Source: a bacterium (GTDB lineage: Bacteria > SM23-31). Taken from it: a stretch of 64,000 bases of DNA. Below are positions 1-11,054 of the stretch, piece after piece. The position numbers and the translations under genes were made by a program. The stretch is taken from positions 1,408,001 to 1,472,000 of the forward strand of contig OZ252239.1 of assembly GCA_965249485.1 (NCBI GenBank), given 5' to 3'. Under the pieces are notes generated by a model. That model saw only the letters and a program-made list of their open reading frames with translations. It made no database searches and was not told the origin of the DNA. The stretch's first letter is position 1; each line of letters begins with the position of its first letter.

Positions 1-211
1 TATATTGTGTCAAAAGATCTCTTACACCCGGATTAGAATCGGCATGCAAACGTTTGTATTCTTCTATCATATCAGGTTTGATGCCAGTGATCATTCCAAC
101 ACGTTTCACATTCTTTATTGCCTGAGTGCTTGTGTTCTGAGAACACATAAAACCTAAAATACAAACTACTACTACCAAAAATGATGTACTTGTAGTTTTA
201 ATCAGAGACAT
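1..211 (-). CDS. L-rhamnose/L-fucose mutarotase family protein with N-terminal signal-like segment (runs off the window edge)
   Basis: Not in the ORF track. Manual translation from ATG at 211 (AAGGAA upstream) gives MSLIKTTSTSFLVVVVCILGFMCSQ...VKRVGMITGIKPDMIEEYKRLHADSNPGVRDLLTQY. The 'IEEYKRLHA..PGV' segment is typical of the RhaM family. Confidence 0.8.
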   Translation of the reverse strand, partial: MSLIKTTSTSFLVVVVCILGFMCSQNTSTQAIKNVKRVGMITGIKPDMIEEYKRLHADSNPGVRDLLTQY

Positions 212-268
212 ATTTATTCCTTGTTTGGTCATAAGATAACTCGGTTTTAATTTAGTTATTTTCTTCTA

Positions 269-1684
269 CTATCTTGCCTTGTCAACATCAAGCACTACAA
301 CGGAATTCATAGAATCCCACGGCCGTCCATCCAGAGTAACCACAATGTATGCGTTACCTTCAATTGCTGCTTTGAAATTGTTCCGGGGGATACTTCTAAG
401 TGCATAAGCTTGTATCGGACGGCGCCGAACAGTATCCAACACTAATCTCCCATCCTCAGGCCAGTCGAACACGTGCAGGTACAAACGGGTTGTGCCATCG
501 GCAAGTATTCGGTGTGTTATCCTTCCCCATTCAGGTTGTTCCCACTGCGTGCCCATTGTCCCATAGATGCTTTCACCGTATTTTTTGAGCCAATCTCCTC
601 CTCCAAGAAGAGCATCAACCGATTCCTCGGGAATTATACCTTCGGGTGTCGGCCCGACATTCAGCAAATAATTTCCACCCATACTGGCTATGTGGGCAAG
701 ATTTTGAACCACATCTTTTGCGCTCATAAAGTCTGGTCTGTCTTCGCGGTACATCCAGGAGCCATTCATTGTGGTATTTACCTCGAAATTATGAAAAGTC
801 GAAATATCACCCAACGTGGGATAATACCCTTCGGGAGTCAAATAATCCATCGTTCCATGTGCAAACCGGTCATTAAAAATTACATCGGGCTGGATAGAAC
901 GTATCATATCCATGATCTCATTAGCGTGAATCAGATCTGGATGTTCTTTAACATAGAATTCCAACGGACCATCACCTTCGGTCATAAATGCACCACCGTC
1001 ATCAGAAAAGAATATATCTATCTGTCCGTAATCGGTAAACAGTTCACGGATCTGATTTTTCATATATACGATATATTTTTCAAGGTCGGCATCGGGTTTC
1101 GGATAGTAGTGTTGGTTTCGGTACCACTTTGCGGGAAATTCGGGATGATGCATATCGGTAACAGAATAATAGATCCCCAGTCGTATACCTGCTTCCAGAC
1201 AAGCATCTGCCAATTCTTTCAAAGGGTCCCGGCCGAAAGGAGTAAAATCCTTTATATCGTAATCGGTATATTTGGAGTCGTACATATTGAAGCCATTATG
1301 GTGCTTGGTGATATACACGATGTATTTCATTCCGGCATTCCGCGCAATGTCGACCCATTCTTCAGCATCGAAATCCACCGGATTCAACACCAGACCCCGC
1401 TCTAGTAACACGTCATAGTTTCTCCATCCTCTATCCTCTGGCAATCTTGGCAGAGCATCAGGGCCCCAATGGATAAACATTCCGTACCGGGCTTCGTGCC
1501 ACCATTCCATCCTGTTATCCATGGTCGGATCCCAATCGGAACGAATCTCGATCATTTGGCCCGATCCCAGATTCTGATCCGGGTAATCAGGTGTCTGGGC
1601 TAGTACAGATGTTGCCGCCATATAAAGCAAAAAAATGCAGAACAAAACACTGCGGAATACTGATTTTGATAATAGTGTGCTCAC
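269..1684 (-). CDS. Alpha-L-fucosidase (GH29), secreted
   Basis: Signal peptide; WWHEARYGMFIHWG, FDAEEW..A..AGMKYIVYITKHHNGF, GIYYS and GGNYLLNVGPTPEG motifs. Confidence 0.93.
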   Translation of the reverse strand: MSTLLSKSVFRSVLFCIFLLYMAATSVLAQTPDYPDQNLGSGQMIEIRSDWDPTMDNRMEWWHEARYGMFIHWGPDALPRLPEDRGWRNYDVLLERGLVLNPVDFDAEEWVDIARNAGMKYIVYITKHHNGFNMYDSKYTDYDIKDFTPFGRDPLKELADACLEAGIRLGIYYSVTDMHHPEFPAKWYRNQHYYPKPDADLEKYIVYMKNQIRELFTDYGQIDIFFSDDGGAFMTEGDGPLEFYVKEHPDLIHANEIMDMIRSIQPDVIFNDRFAHGTMDYLTPEGYYPTLGDISTFHNFEVNTTMNGSWMYREDRPDFMSAKDVVQNLAHIASMGGNYLLNVGPTPEGIIPEESVDALLGGGDWLKKYGESIYGTMGTQWEQPEWGRITHRILADGTTRLYLHVFDWPEDGRLVLDTVRRRPIQAYALRSIPRNNFKAAIEGNAYIVVTLDGRPWDSMNSVVVLDVDKAR

Positions 1685-1788
1685 GATATCCTCCTAAATA
1701 TTTAAATTATATTAGTTCTTCTATAGTAAAATTGCATGTTGTCAGATAGATTTGGACTAGTTGAGTAAAAGCTAAATGATAGCTATTG

Positions 1789-2955
1789 CTATCTCTCATA
1801 ACACTGATTAAGCAACTCCAACATTTCATCATATGTAGCGATACGTGGATTATTTTTATAATCAGGCAGAACTTGTGATGCATGTGCCAGGTCTGCCAAT
1901 TCATTTTTTGGAATTTTTAACTCTTTTAGATTCATCCACAATCCGATGCTCTTAAGAAACGTATCGAGTTCTTTGCAGGACTCATTGGCTGCTGTCTCAT
2001 CAGATTCGTCATTCAATTCCTTATTTATAATTCTACCAAGTGCTGCAAATTGCTTAATTGCCGATTTGAATGTATAGCGAGTAAAAGAAGGATACACGGC
2101 TGCAAGTGCTTCAGCGTGTGCCACATGGGGATAAATACCACCTATTGCCATAGCAATACCATGAGGTAATGTAACACCAGCGTTTGCAATACATAGTCCT
2201 GCAAGAGTATCTGCCCAAGCCATTATATCACGTGCTTCTTTATCCGAGCCGTTTAAAACACACTTTTCCAAATTATACATCACGAGCCCAATTGCTTTTT
2301 TTGCCAGCATATCAGTATAAAGTGATGCATTACAGTGAATATATGACTCGAATGCATGAGTAAAAACATCAAAACCTGTAATCGCTGTCATCCTCGAAGG
2401 AACTGTTATCATTAATTCCGGATCAACAATTCCGACTTTTGGAAAAACATTTTTATTATAAAGAGCTGATTTACATTTCTCTGATGGATTAGTCACAACA
2501 GATACTTGTGTTACATGAGAACCGGTTCCGGAAGTAGTGTTAACCGTTATGATTGGTAGTGTCTTCCCGGTCGGCTGCTTTTCTCTAAACCAAAGATAAT
2601 CCCAACAGGTCCCATCATGAGTGGCTTCAACAGCGATAGCTTTTGCAGCATCCATACTTGAACCGCCGCCAACTCCGAGGATCACGTTTGCTTTATGTTT
2701 CTTAGCCATATCAGCGCCATCAGAAACACATTCGGTTGTTGGATTGGGTATAACTCCGTTATAATGCGCAAAATTTACACCAGCTTTACCAAGAGAAGAG
2801 ATAATTTTATTGAAAGCTGGTGAAACATTTTGAAAAACCTGATCGGTTAGAATCAGACATTGTTTTCCAAATTGTGATACTACCTCACCAACTTCCTCTA
2901 CACGACCCCAGCCAAATCTGATTTCTGTCGGTTGACCAAAATTAAAATTTTTCAT
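1789..2955 (-). CDS. Iron-containing alcohol dehydrogenase
   Basis: GVGGGSSMDAAKA, TTSGTGS, DVFTHAFES, H..A and H.E metal ligands. Confidence 0.93.
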   Translation of the reverse strand: MKNFNFGQPTEIRFGWGRVEEVGEVVSQFGKQCLILTDQVFQNVSPAFNKIISSLGKAGVNFAHYNGVIPNPTTECVSDGADMAKKHKANVILGVGGGSSMDAAKAIAVEATHDGTCWDYLWFREKQPTGKTLPIITVNTTSGTGSHVTQVSVVTNPSEKCKSALYNKNVFPKVGIVDPELMITVPSRMTAITGFDVFTHAFESYIHCNASLYTDMLAKKAIGLVMYNLEKCVLNGSDKEARDIMAWADTLAGLCIANAGVTLPHGIAMAIGGIYPHVAHAEALAAVYPSFTRYTFKSAIKQFAALGRIINKELNDESDETAANESCKELDTFLKSIGLWMNLKELKIPKNELADLAHASQVLPDYKNNPRIATYDEMLELLNQCYER

Positions 2956-2975
2956 GTTGATTCCTAATTTAACTG

Positions 2976-3995
2976 TTATAAATCTATCATGATTTTTAGA
3001 CTTTTATCACCTTGTTCGTCGATAAAATCATACGCTGCCATGTATTGTTCAAAAGAAAAATGTCTTGTAACAAGGGGATCGGTAATCACATCTCCATTAG
3101 CAAGTAGTTCAACTGCTTTCAGATAATCTTCGTGTTTATACATTAAAGTTCCGATAATATTCAGTTCTCGATCCCCTACAATAGACATATCGATTCGCGG
3201 TTTTTTACCAAAAACACCAAGAACAACGATTGTGCCCCCTTTTTGAATTGCGTCTATTCCTGCATTCATAGTTGCTTCAACACCAACCGCTTCGAAAGCC
3301 ACCTCAAAGCCCTTATCTCCAAAAACGCGGGTAGATGCATCAGTGAGTGATTCTTTATTTGGATTGGAAGTTTCAGTAATTCCACATTCCCTGGCAATGT
3401 CAAGACGGAAATCGCTTAAATCAGTTATTAATATTTTATTAGCACCCCGGAATTTTGCCACCTGTGCTACCAGATTTCCAATGGGACCTGCTCCTAAAAC
3501 GACAATGTTTTTTCCTGTTATATCTCCTGCCCTTAATGTTGAATGTACCGCTACGGATGTTGGTTCTACGAGAGCACCCTGTTCAAATGTGATTGAATCA
3601 GGTAAAGGAACCATGTTTTCCTGTTTTATTATGAATAAATCCTGTGCACATCCGGGGGCTTGAAATCCCTGTACTTTCAATGTATCACAGATGTTGTAGT
3701 CATCTCGTAAACATGGAGGACATTTACCGCACACTATCTGTGGTCTTGCAGTGGCTTTCATTCCGGGTTTGACATTTGTAACACCCGTACCTACATCTTC
3801 TACAACTCCTGAAAATTCATGACCTTGTACTACAGGGTAAGATGTAAATGGATGCAAGCCGTGATTCACATGAACATCCGAACCGCAGACACCGATCCGC
3901 TTGATCCGCAATAATATTTCACCCTGATCTAAGACAGGCTCAGGAACTTCCTGGAACTCTATTTTACCCGGCTCTTTCATTATAGCCTGCCGCAT
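2976..3995 (-). CDS. Zn-dependent (MDR) sugar/polyol dehydrogenase
   Basis: GVCGSD, GHEFSG, CGKCPPC...C and GAGPIG motifs. Confidence 0.93.
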   Translation of the reverse strand: MRQAIMKEPGKIEFQEVPEPVLDQGEILLRIKRIGVCGSDVHVNHGLHPFTSYPVVQGHEFSGVVEDVGTGVTNVKPGMKATARPQIVCGKCPPCLRDDYNICDTLKVQGFQAPGCAQDLFIIKQENMVPLPDSITFEQGALVEPTSVAVHSTLRAGDITGKNIVVLGAGPIGNLVAQVAKFRGANKILITDLSDFRLDIARECGITETSNPNKESLTDASTRVFGDKGFEVAFEAVGVEATMNAGIDAIQKGGTIVVLGVFGKKPRIDMSIVGDRELNIIGTLMYKHEDYLKAVELLANGDVITDPLVTRHFSFEQYMAAYDFIDEQGDKSLKIMIDL

Positions 3996-4133
3996 TTTTC
4001 ATTTCCTTATAATAGAGGTTAGAGATTAGGTTGTCAATTCAACAGTAATGTTGACAGAGTATACCGATTTTCCTTAAAAAAAATAGCACAATCTTCGATG
4101 ACAGCAGAGGAATTTAGGGTTCTATATTATACA

Positions 4134-5783
4134 CTAACGAAATAAATAGTATAATACAATTATGACCACAAACAAGATAGCAGAAATTGACCGCAGATCC
4201 ATAATGCCGGTCAGTTTATTGTGGGTTATCGCTTTCAGAGGATGTTCCCAGCAAAGATTTTCGATTTGTTCCGCCGCCGGTTTTGGTGTCATCAAGCTAA
4301 CAGACACGTAAACCACGCTGCAGAAGCAGAATAACCACCATCCTACCTGCATAAACGGAATACCCCACAAATCGGTTACGATTCGTAAATCACCGACTAG
4401 CGGTTCGAATGGGAGATCTATCACAAAATAAATACTCCCTACTATTAAACCGGAAATAAGAGTGATCAGGGCAGCTTCCTTTGTGCCACGAGGCCAAAAG
4501 ATACCCCAGATAAAAACACAAGTAATTGCCGGCGCAAAAATCATAGGTATCTTGTTTATAGCTACGAAGATACTTTCGAACCTGCCGCCCTGTGTCGACC
4601 ACAACATCGCCAGGATCATAACCACAACAGCACTGATACGGCCAATGAAAACCTGGGTCTGATCTTTCGTTGAAGGCCGGAAGCGTTTAACAATATCCAC
4701 TGCAACCAGAGTGGCAGAACTGTTTAGAGCTCCGGCTATCGTACTCATTAGCGCAGCAAGTAAACCAGCCGCAACTATACCTTTCAAGCCTGAAGGCAGG
4801 AGCTGCTCAATCAATACCGGCAATGTATTGTTGTTGTCTGTGCCGATAATGTCTTTAAAAAGAACATACCCAATTACACCCGGGAAGACCATGATGAAAA
4901 CAGGGAGAATTTTCAGGAAACCGGCAAAAATAGGACCGCTCTGGGCGTGGAACTGACTTTTGGCGCCCAATACTCTTTGTACAATGGTTTGATCAGTGCA
5001 CCAATACCATATGCCCAATATCGGATACCCCAGCAATACCGAGAGCCAGGAAAACTCATTCAAGACACCCTGTTCATTGTGGATGGGATGAATCATGCTC
5101 ATTTGGCGTGGCTTGATCGCCTCCTGGAATTGTTGCAGCGATTCAATGCCATGCTCCGGCAGAGCAAATATCGCAGCGACGGTTACCGCCACAGCACCCA
5201 GCAAAAGTACAAAGGTCTGGACCGTTTCGGTTACCACTACTGCTTTCAGTCCACCCAGAACAGTATAAATTGCAGTTATGACCGATATGATTACAATCGA
5301 ATAAATCACATCAATGTTGAAAAAATACTCGAAAACTTTTGCGCCGGCATACAGGCTGATACCTATATGGATTAACAGCGCAGACAATACTGATATGAAA
5401 GCAAGAGTTGTTCGCGAACCGGGACTGTACCGTTTCTCAAGGTATTCGGGCAGAGTAGTGATCTTGCTTCTAAAATAAAACGGTGCAAAGATCAGCCCCA
5501 AAATAATCAAACAAAACGCGGCCATCCATTCAAAATTCCCTATTACAAGCCCAAGCCTATATCCGTCAGAAGCCAGACCGACCAGGTGGATAGTCGAAAT
5601 ATTTGTGGCGAACAATGCCGCACCGACCATTACCCAACCCAGAGATCTACCTGCCAGGAAATATTCAGTACTCGTTGTTTTGCGTTTATGGCTTGCAATG
5701 ATACCAATAGCCAATATTCCAAAAAGGTAGACAATTATGATTATCAAATCAATTGTGGGAATTGCAATTCCTGAATCTGACAT
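4134..5783 (-). CDS. Sodium:solute symporter (SSS/SGLT-like), probably a sugar transporter
   Basis: YFLAGRSL, ATNIST, GGLKAVV.TE and WYWCTDQTIVQR motifs; many TM helices. Confidence 0.93.
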   Translation of the reverse strand: MSDSGIAIPTIDLIIIIVYLFGILAIGIIASHKRKTTSTEYFLAGRSLGWVMVGAALFATNISTIHLVGLASDGYRLGLVIGNFEWMAAFCLIILGLIFAPFYFRSKITTLPEYLEKRYSPGSRTTLAFISVLSALLIHIGISLYAGAKVFEYFFNIDVIYSIVIISVITAIYTVLGGLKAVVVTETVQTFVLLLGAVAVTVAAIFALPEHGIESLQQFQEAIKPRQMSMIHPIHNEQGVLNEFSWLSVLLGYPILGIWYWCTDQTIVQRVLGAKSQFHAQSGPIFAGFLKILPVFIMVFPGVIGYVLFKDIIGTDNNNTLPVLIEQLLPSGLKGIVAAGLLAALMSTIAGALNSSATLVAVDIVKRFRPSTKDQTQVFIGRISAVVVMILAMLWSTQGGRFESIFVAINKIPMIFAPAITCVFIWGIFWPRGTKEAALITLISGLIVGSIYFVIDLPFEPLVGDLRIVTDLWGIPFMQVGWWLFCFCSVVYVSVSLMTPKPAAEQIENLCWEHPLKAITHNKLTGIMDLRSISAILFVVIIVLYYLFR

Positions 5784-5831
5784 ATTACACCTTCTTGATA
5801 AAAAGAGAGAGTTTAATTCACTGTTCGATTT

Positions 5832-7952
5832 TTATCTCGTAACCGGTGAAAGGGTAAACGTTAAGGGGCTTCTCGCTTCCTTTTTAATCCAGACGATCAG
5901 ATCTCTACCTTCGGATGTCTGCCGGTGACCAAAGCGAAAGTCTTTTCCACGCTCAATCCTTGATCCATTCAACATCAAGGCTGCACCAGCATTTCCCCAG
6001 TTTTTGATTACAAACGCAGGATTGACAATTGGCTGGTTTCTACTCCCCGTGAGTTCAATAATCAGGTCATTTGGACTACCAGTATTGGTACAAGATACTA
6101 CGTAAGCGCGTTGATACTTATCATATCCGCTGTCTAAATACCCTGAGCTTTTGAGTAACAATTTTGCCGGTTTGCTCCATGATTTCGCAAGGGGCGCCAA
6201 TTCTGCGGCCTTTTTTTCGGTGAGACCGTAGAGAGAAACTGACAAGTATGAATCGCCCTCACCTTTAACCACAAGAGGATGTCCCTCTGCCAGAGCGGAG
6301 TGAGAAGGGCGATCGACATTTGTAGCATCTCTTCCATCGTTCGGCAATAGACCGGTCGGCCAATGGTTCCACCATGGAAAATGGGAATACTTATCACGTA
6401 TTCCCCAAGGGAAAGCCAGTATTTCACTTCCCGGTTCAAAGATGATAAAAGGTCTATTTATTGCCTTCAAGTTCGTCATCTGGATATTGGCGTTTGCAGG
6501 CTTGTCATAGAGAGCAGAAGGCCCATCTTCCCAGGAATAGGTATACGTCTCACCATCCATATTTGCAAGGGTTAATGCCTCAATATTGACATTGTTCTCT
6601 GGTTTTGTACCGGGCTGATTAAAGAATATCGTCTCCTGCCATTGATGAATGTTCTCATCCGCCCACAACACCTGCTTGCGGACAACAACACGGTCGGGAT
6701 AAATAGTAAAATACTCGTCTGCCCACGAACCCCAGCCAGTCTCAGGATTCTCACCGGTAATCTGATACAGTATATTCGTAATCGCATAACGCCAGTGAAC
6801 AACTACCCTGGCATCGTTATTTTCAATGATTCTTACGTGTGAATACCGATTTTGTTTGTCCGCCATGTGCTCAGAACTGCCCCAGCCAGACCTGCCGCTC
6901 CACAATTCAATACTCTGATCACCCATCCACAACCCGTTCTCAGTTACATAACTGGCTCCATAGTTTACCCCTCTCCAGAAGACCACTTTTACCGGCGAAT
7001 CATCAAACGTAACAACGACATCGGCATAGTCACCCGCTCTCCATAACTCATCCCAGGCATCACTGTATTCAAGTTTTGTATAGTATGCGCCAAATTCTTT
7101 TCTGTTCTCAGCAACTGAGGGAAAGGACCACCATGACAAAGGCTGAGGATTTTCTGGTGCAATTAATGCAAACGCACTTTTTACTTCGTCAGGACTCAAT
7201 GCTTTGTCATAAAGCTTTGCTTCGTCGATACGGCCGTCAAAGACCATGTTGGATAACGATTTGCGGGAAGGTTCCCTGTTAGAGAATATAGGGTACATCT
7301 TTTGGTGGCTTTTACCGATAAACAGTTCTAATGTGTTTTTTGGCTGGGGGAGCAGTTTGCCGTCAGGTGTATAGACTGCTTCACCAACCGGGGTCATTGA
7401 ACCTCGAAAAGATTGAGTTCCTGCTACTTCCCCATTAATGTAGATGGTTAATCCCTTACCTTTTTCAAAGGTGCCCGCTATATGAGTCCACCGTAACAAC
7501 GGAATCTTCATATCGGTTACACATTTACGCCAATCATCATTGACCGCCATGTGAAATCCAACCTGACCCAAAGCGTTAACACCAAAAAAATAGCCCCCGC
7601 GATGGTCAACTTCATGGGACACGACAGCAGTCCAGTTCCACGGATATGTCTGCGGGGCTATCCAGGCTTCAATGGTGAAAGAACCTTCAAACATCGGGAC
7701 CTTATCAACTTCTCTGACAACATGAGTTGTATACCCGTTAAACCGTAGTGAATTGCCGATCACACCCCCGACATGTTTATAATTACCCTGGAGAGAATCT
7801 TTGATTTTGCCGGCTTTGTCGAATGCGGTTTCACCCGAACTTTCGTCAAAACTCCACCAGGCTACCGGACCGGTCTCCTGTGCTGGTACAGGGTGTATTG
7901 AGAATAGTAATAGTACTACGATCACAGCTTTATTTATAAGAATTTTGCACAT
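5832..7952 (-). CDS. Secreted LamG/concanavalin-like domain protein with a large uncharacterised C-terminal domain
   Basis: Signal peptide; VAWWSFDE, FTIEAWI, WTHIAGT and FDGRIDEAKLYDKAL LamG pattern. Confidence 0.8.
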   Translation of the reverse strand: MCKILINKAVIVVLLLFSIHPVPAQETGPVAWWSFDESSGETAFDKAGKIKDSLQGNYKHVGGVIGNSLRFNGYTTHVVREVDKVPMFEGSFTIEAWIAPQTYPWNWTAVVSHEVDHRGGYFFGVNALGQVGFHMAVNDDWRKCVTDMKIPLLRWTHIAGTFEKGKGLTIYINGEVAGTQSFRGSMTPVGEAVYTPDGKLLPQPKNTLELFIGKSHQKMYPIFSNREPSRKSLSNMVFDGRIDEAKLYDKALSPDEVKSAFALIAPENPQPLSWWSFPSVAENRKEFGAYYTKLEYSDAWDELWRAGDYADVVVTFDDSPVKVVFWRGVNYGASYVTENGLWMGDQSIELWSGRSGWGSSEHMADKQNRYSHVRIIENNDARVVVHWRYAITNILYQITGENPETGWGSWADEYFTIYPDRVVVRKQVLWADENIHQWQETIFFNQPGTKPENNVNIEALTLANMDGETYTYSWEDGPSALYDKPANANIQMTNLKAINRPFIIFEPGSEILAFPWGIRDKYSHFPWWNHWPTGLLPNDGRDATNVDRPSHSALAEGHPLVVKGEGDSYLSVSLYGLTEKKAAELAPLAKSWSKPAKLLLKSSGYLDSGYDKYQRAYVVSCTNTGSPNDLIIELTGSRNQPIVNPAFVIKNWGNAGAALMLNGSRIERGKDFRFGHRQTSEGRDLIVWIKKEARSPLTFTLSPVTR

Positions 7953-8260
7953 TATATAGTACCTCTAACCATTGCATCAAATAAAATTAGAATAATTGCT
8001 CTGAAAAAGTTGTTATTCTAAAACTTGTCCGAACAATCATAAATACAAATCAATATAAAATCAAGTTCTTTATCCTCCAAATGTACAAATATATTTTTAT
8101 TAATATCCGAATTTATTAGGAAAAATCCTACTATTGGGGAAAATAATTGTTTTCCAAAAAATTTATTCCTACTTTTTTGTATTCCGAATCTTTAGCACTA
8201 TTTTCTTACTGCCAATATTATTTATTTCATTAAACACATCTCGTATTTAATATTGAGGTA

Positions 8261-9635
8261 TTGCTCGTGAAAACATTTCTAAGTTTACTCAAAACTATCA
8301 TTGTGTTAATGTTATTATTTCCGGGACAGGTTTATTCTCAGAGCACAGGTGAATTCAGAACCGTACTCACGAATTGTAATGTGATCGACTGTACCGGAAA
8401 TCCAATGATGGAGGGCATGACCGTCGTGATCACAGGCAATAAAATTACTGAAATCAGTGAAGGTGAGTACAAAGGGGGTGAGGACCCCAACACTCGGATC
8501 CTCGACCTGAACGGCAGCTATGTGCTTCCCGGGTTCTGGAACATGCATTCCCATTTGTCCGATCTACACCCCGATGTCAATAATATTTTAGGAACTGAAC
8601 CATTGCTTCCGGCGGCAATCCGTTCCGGAAGAAACGCAATGGACGCTCTCAAAAGAGGATTCACTTCTTTACGAATGACCGGTGAACGTGATTATATAGA
8701 TATCGCCTGGAGAGACGCTTTTAACGCCGGTGTATTTGTCGGACCCCGCATTTTCGCTTCGGGGAAAATACTTACAGCTACGGAAGGCAATGCGTGGGAA
8801 GCTGAATGGCCTGTGGCAGTATATATTGACGGCCCGTATGAAATGAGAAAAGCAATGAGGGAAAATATAAAAAGAGGTGTTGATTTTATCAAGCTTTCAT
8901 CAAACCGCATGGTGGAAGATGAAATTGTCGAAGCGATACGAATAGCGCATAAAGCTGGATTACGGGTAACAGCGGACATTGATGATCCTATGGCACGGAT
9001 AGCCGTGGAAGCAGGTATTGATTGTATCGAACACGGTACCCCTCTGACCGATGAAACAATCCAACTGATGGCTGAAAAGGACACCTTTTTCGACCCGACA
9101 ATGGCATGTTATCTCAGCACCGAATATATAGTCGACCGTGAATCGCGCATCGCTGATATCGGACTTAACGAAGACCCGAGAATTATCAAAGGGATGATCG
9201 CTGTTTCGAATGCCGACCTCAGACCTCATAGGAACGCCGTGAAACAGCGGGAAATCCTCATGAAAGCTGTCAAAGCTGGTGTAAAAATCATTACCGGAAG
9301 TGATACCAACCCGCTTGGAGATATCGGTTTGCTGGAAATAGAGCAGCTTGTGTTTTCAGGACTTTCCGAGATGCAGGTATTAATAAATGCTACTAGAAAT
9401 TCTGCAGATATGATTGGAATGCTCAATGATCTTGGCACCATCGAAGAAGGAAAACTTGCCGACCTGATCGTCGTTGAGGACAATCCCCTTGATAATATAT
9501 CGAATCTCAGAACACTTACAATGGTTATTTAAGGATGGAAAAATTGTTAATCGCACAAAAGATGAGGGGCAGAAAAGTCTTTGGGAGCTTTACTACAAAA
9601 TGATTGGTCTTTTTAGTTACAAATCTGAAATATAA
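8261..9635 (+). CDS. Metal-dependent amidohydrolase (imidazolonepropionase/Xaa-Pro dipeptidase-like); last ~35 codons shifted by one extra T
   Basis: PGFWNMHSH, IEHG, GSD and GTIEEGKLADLIVV motifs. The ORF stops at 9532 (MVI*), but removing one T at 9528-9530 restores MVIKDGKIVN... to TAA at 9633-9635. Confidence 0.85.
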
Positions 9636-9760
9636 ATCAGTATCCAAACACAATTGTGATCAAGAAAAATTATGAGATATTAGTCAATGATGTTGAAATT
9701 GAACGAAAGAGTATATAAAACTAATATTGTCGTTAATTTATAATTTATATAGAGGTTTAT

Positions 9761-10918
9761 ATGACATTAAATATTGATTTGCCTCATTCGAGAGAGTTGA
9801 TATGTTATCCGGGAAGCATAAAAATTTTACCGGATAAAATTGGCGGAACAAACAAAAAAGTATTTATAATGGGTAGATTTAATAAGTTGAAAATGCCGGT
9901 TGTGTATGATTCAATCATGTCAAGTCTTGAAGATCAAAAACACAAAGTTACCATTTTCGATAAAATAAATTATGAGCCGACGATACAGGACATTGATGAA
10001 GCAGCCGGTATTTGCCGAGATGAACAATGCGATGTAATGGTAACTATTGGAGGTGGAAGCAGCATTGATGCGGCAAAAGCTGTTGCGGTATTAATGAACA
10101 ATCCGGGTTCAGTTCGTGAATACCAGATGGATGAAAAACCTATCACCGAACCGGGTATAAAAATGATCGCCATCCCGACAACTGCGGGAACCGGTGCAGA
10201 AAGTAATTGGGTTTCGGTGGTTACGAATAAAGAAGAGAACATCAAAAAGAGCATAAAACATTCTTATCTTGTTCCTGATGTTGTGCTCATTGATCCAGAA
10301 TTGATGGTTTCTCTTTCTCCTGAGTTTACTGCTCTTACGGGAATAGATGCTTTCTCACATGCCCTGGAAAATATTGTTTCAACAAATTCTAACCATTATA
10401 CACGGGCACTCGATATCAAAGCTATTGAATTAATAGGTAAAAATTTAGTTCGTGCTTACCGGGATGGTACTGATATTGAGGCGCGATATAATATGGCAAT
10501 TGCAAGCTGCATGGCAGGTGTTGCTATTCAGACCGGTGTAGGAAGTGCTCATATGCTTTCACAGCCACTTGGTATGGTTTGTGGAATGAGACACAGTGAA
10601 ACAATTGCCGCAGTCTTAGCGGCAACTATTGAAAGTAATCTTGAATATGCGAAAGATACATATTGTCAGGTCGCCTCGGTACTTATTCCTCATACAAACG
10701 GGAAATCTAGCAATGAAGTAGCGGCGTCGACGGTAACATTTTTTAGAGATATGCTTGAACAACTCGATGTAAGCATAAAACTTTCGGACAGAGGATTGAC
10801 AGAAAGTCAATATCAGGAAGTTTTAGATAATGTCAAGATGTCAACTGCAGGCATCAAAACAAATCCGAGACCCATTGATGACAATGTTTTAATTGAGATA
10901 ATGAATAAGTCAATGTAA
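9761..10918 (+). CDS. Iron-containing alcohol dehydrogenase
   Basis: IGGGSSIDAAKA, PTTAGTGAE and DAFSHALE motifs. Confidence 0.92.
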   Translation: MTLNIDLPHSRELICYPGSIKILPDKIGGTNKKVFIMGRFNKLKMPVVYDSIMSSLEDQKHKVTIFDKINYEPTIQDIDEAAGICRDEQCDVMVTIGGGSSIDAAKAVAVLMNNPGSVREYQMDEKPITEPGIKMIAIPTTAGTGAESNWVSVVTNKEENIKKSIKHSYLVPDVVLIDPELMVSLSPEFTALTGIDAFSHALENIVSTNSNHYTRALDIKAIELIGKNLVRAYRDGTDIEARYNMAIASCMAGVAIQTGVGSAHMLSQPLGMVCGMRHSETIAAVLAATIESNLEYAKDTYCQVASVLIPHTNGKSSNEVAASTVTFFRDMLEQLDVSIKLSDRGLTESQYQEVLDNVKMSTAGIKTNPRPIDDNVLIEIMNKSM

Positions 10919-11054
10919 TTCATCCAGTGAATAGAAGTGCATTCATTGAATCTTTACTCTCCATCGAAGGACTCAAGAAATTCCCAATATATTCGAATGC
11001 GAGTTGTGTCCCTTCATTGTATATAAATGACGTTTATGTAAGGAGGTAAATGAT

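Noticed and set aside
473..1405. Long antisense ORFs (473..1405, 30554..31282, 39690..40289 and many shorter ones)
   Set aside because: Shadows of well-supported genes on the opposite strand, with no recognisable motifs
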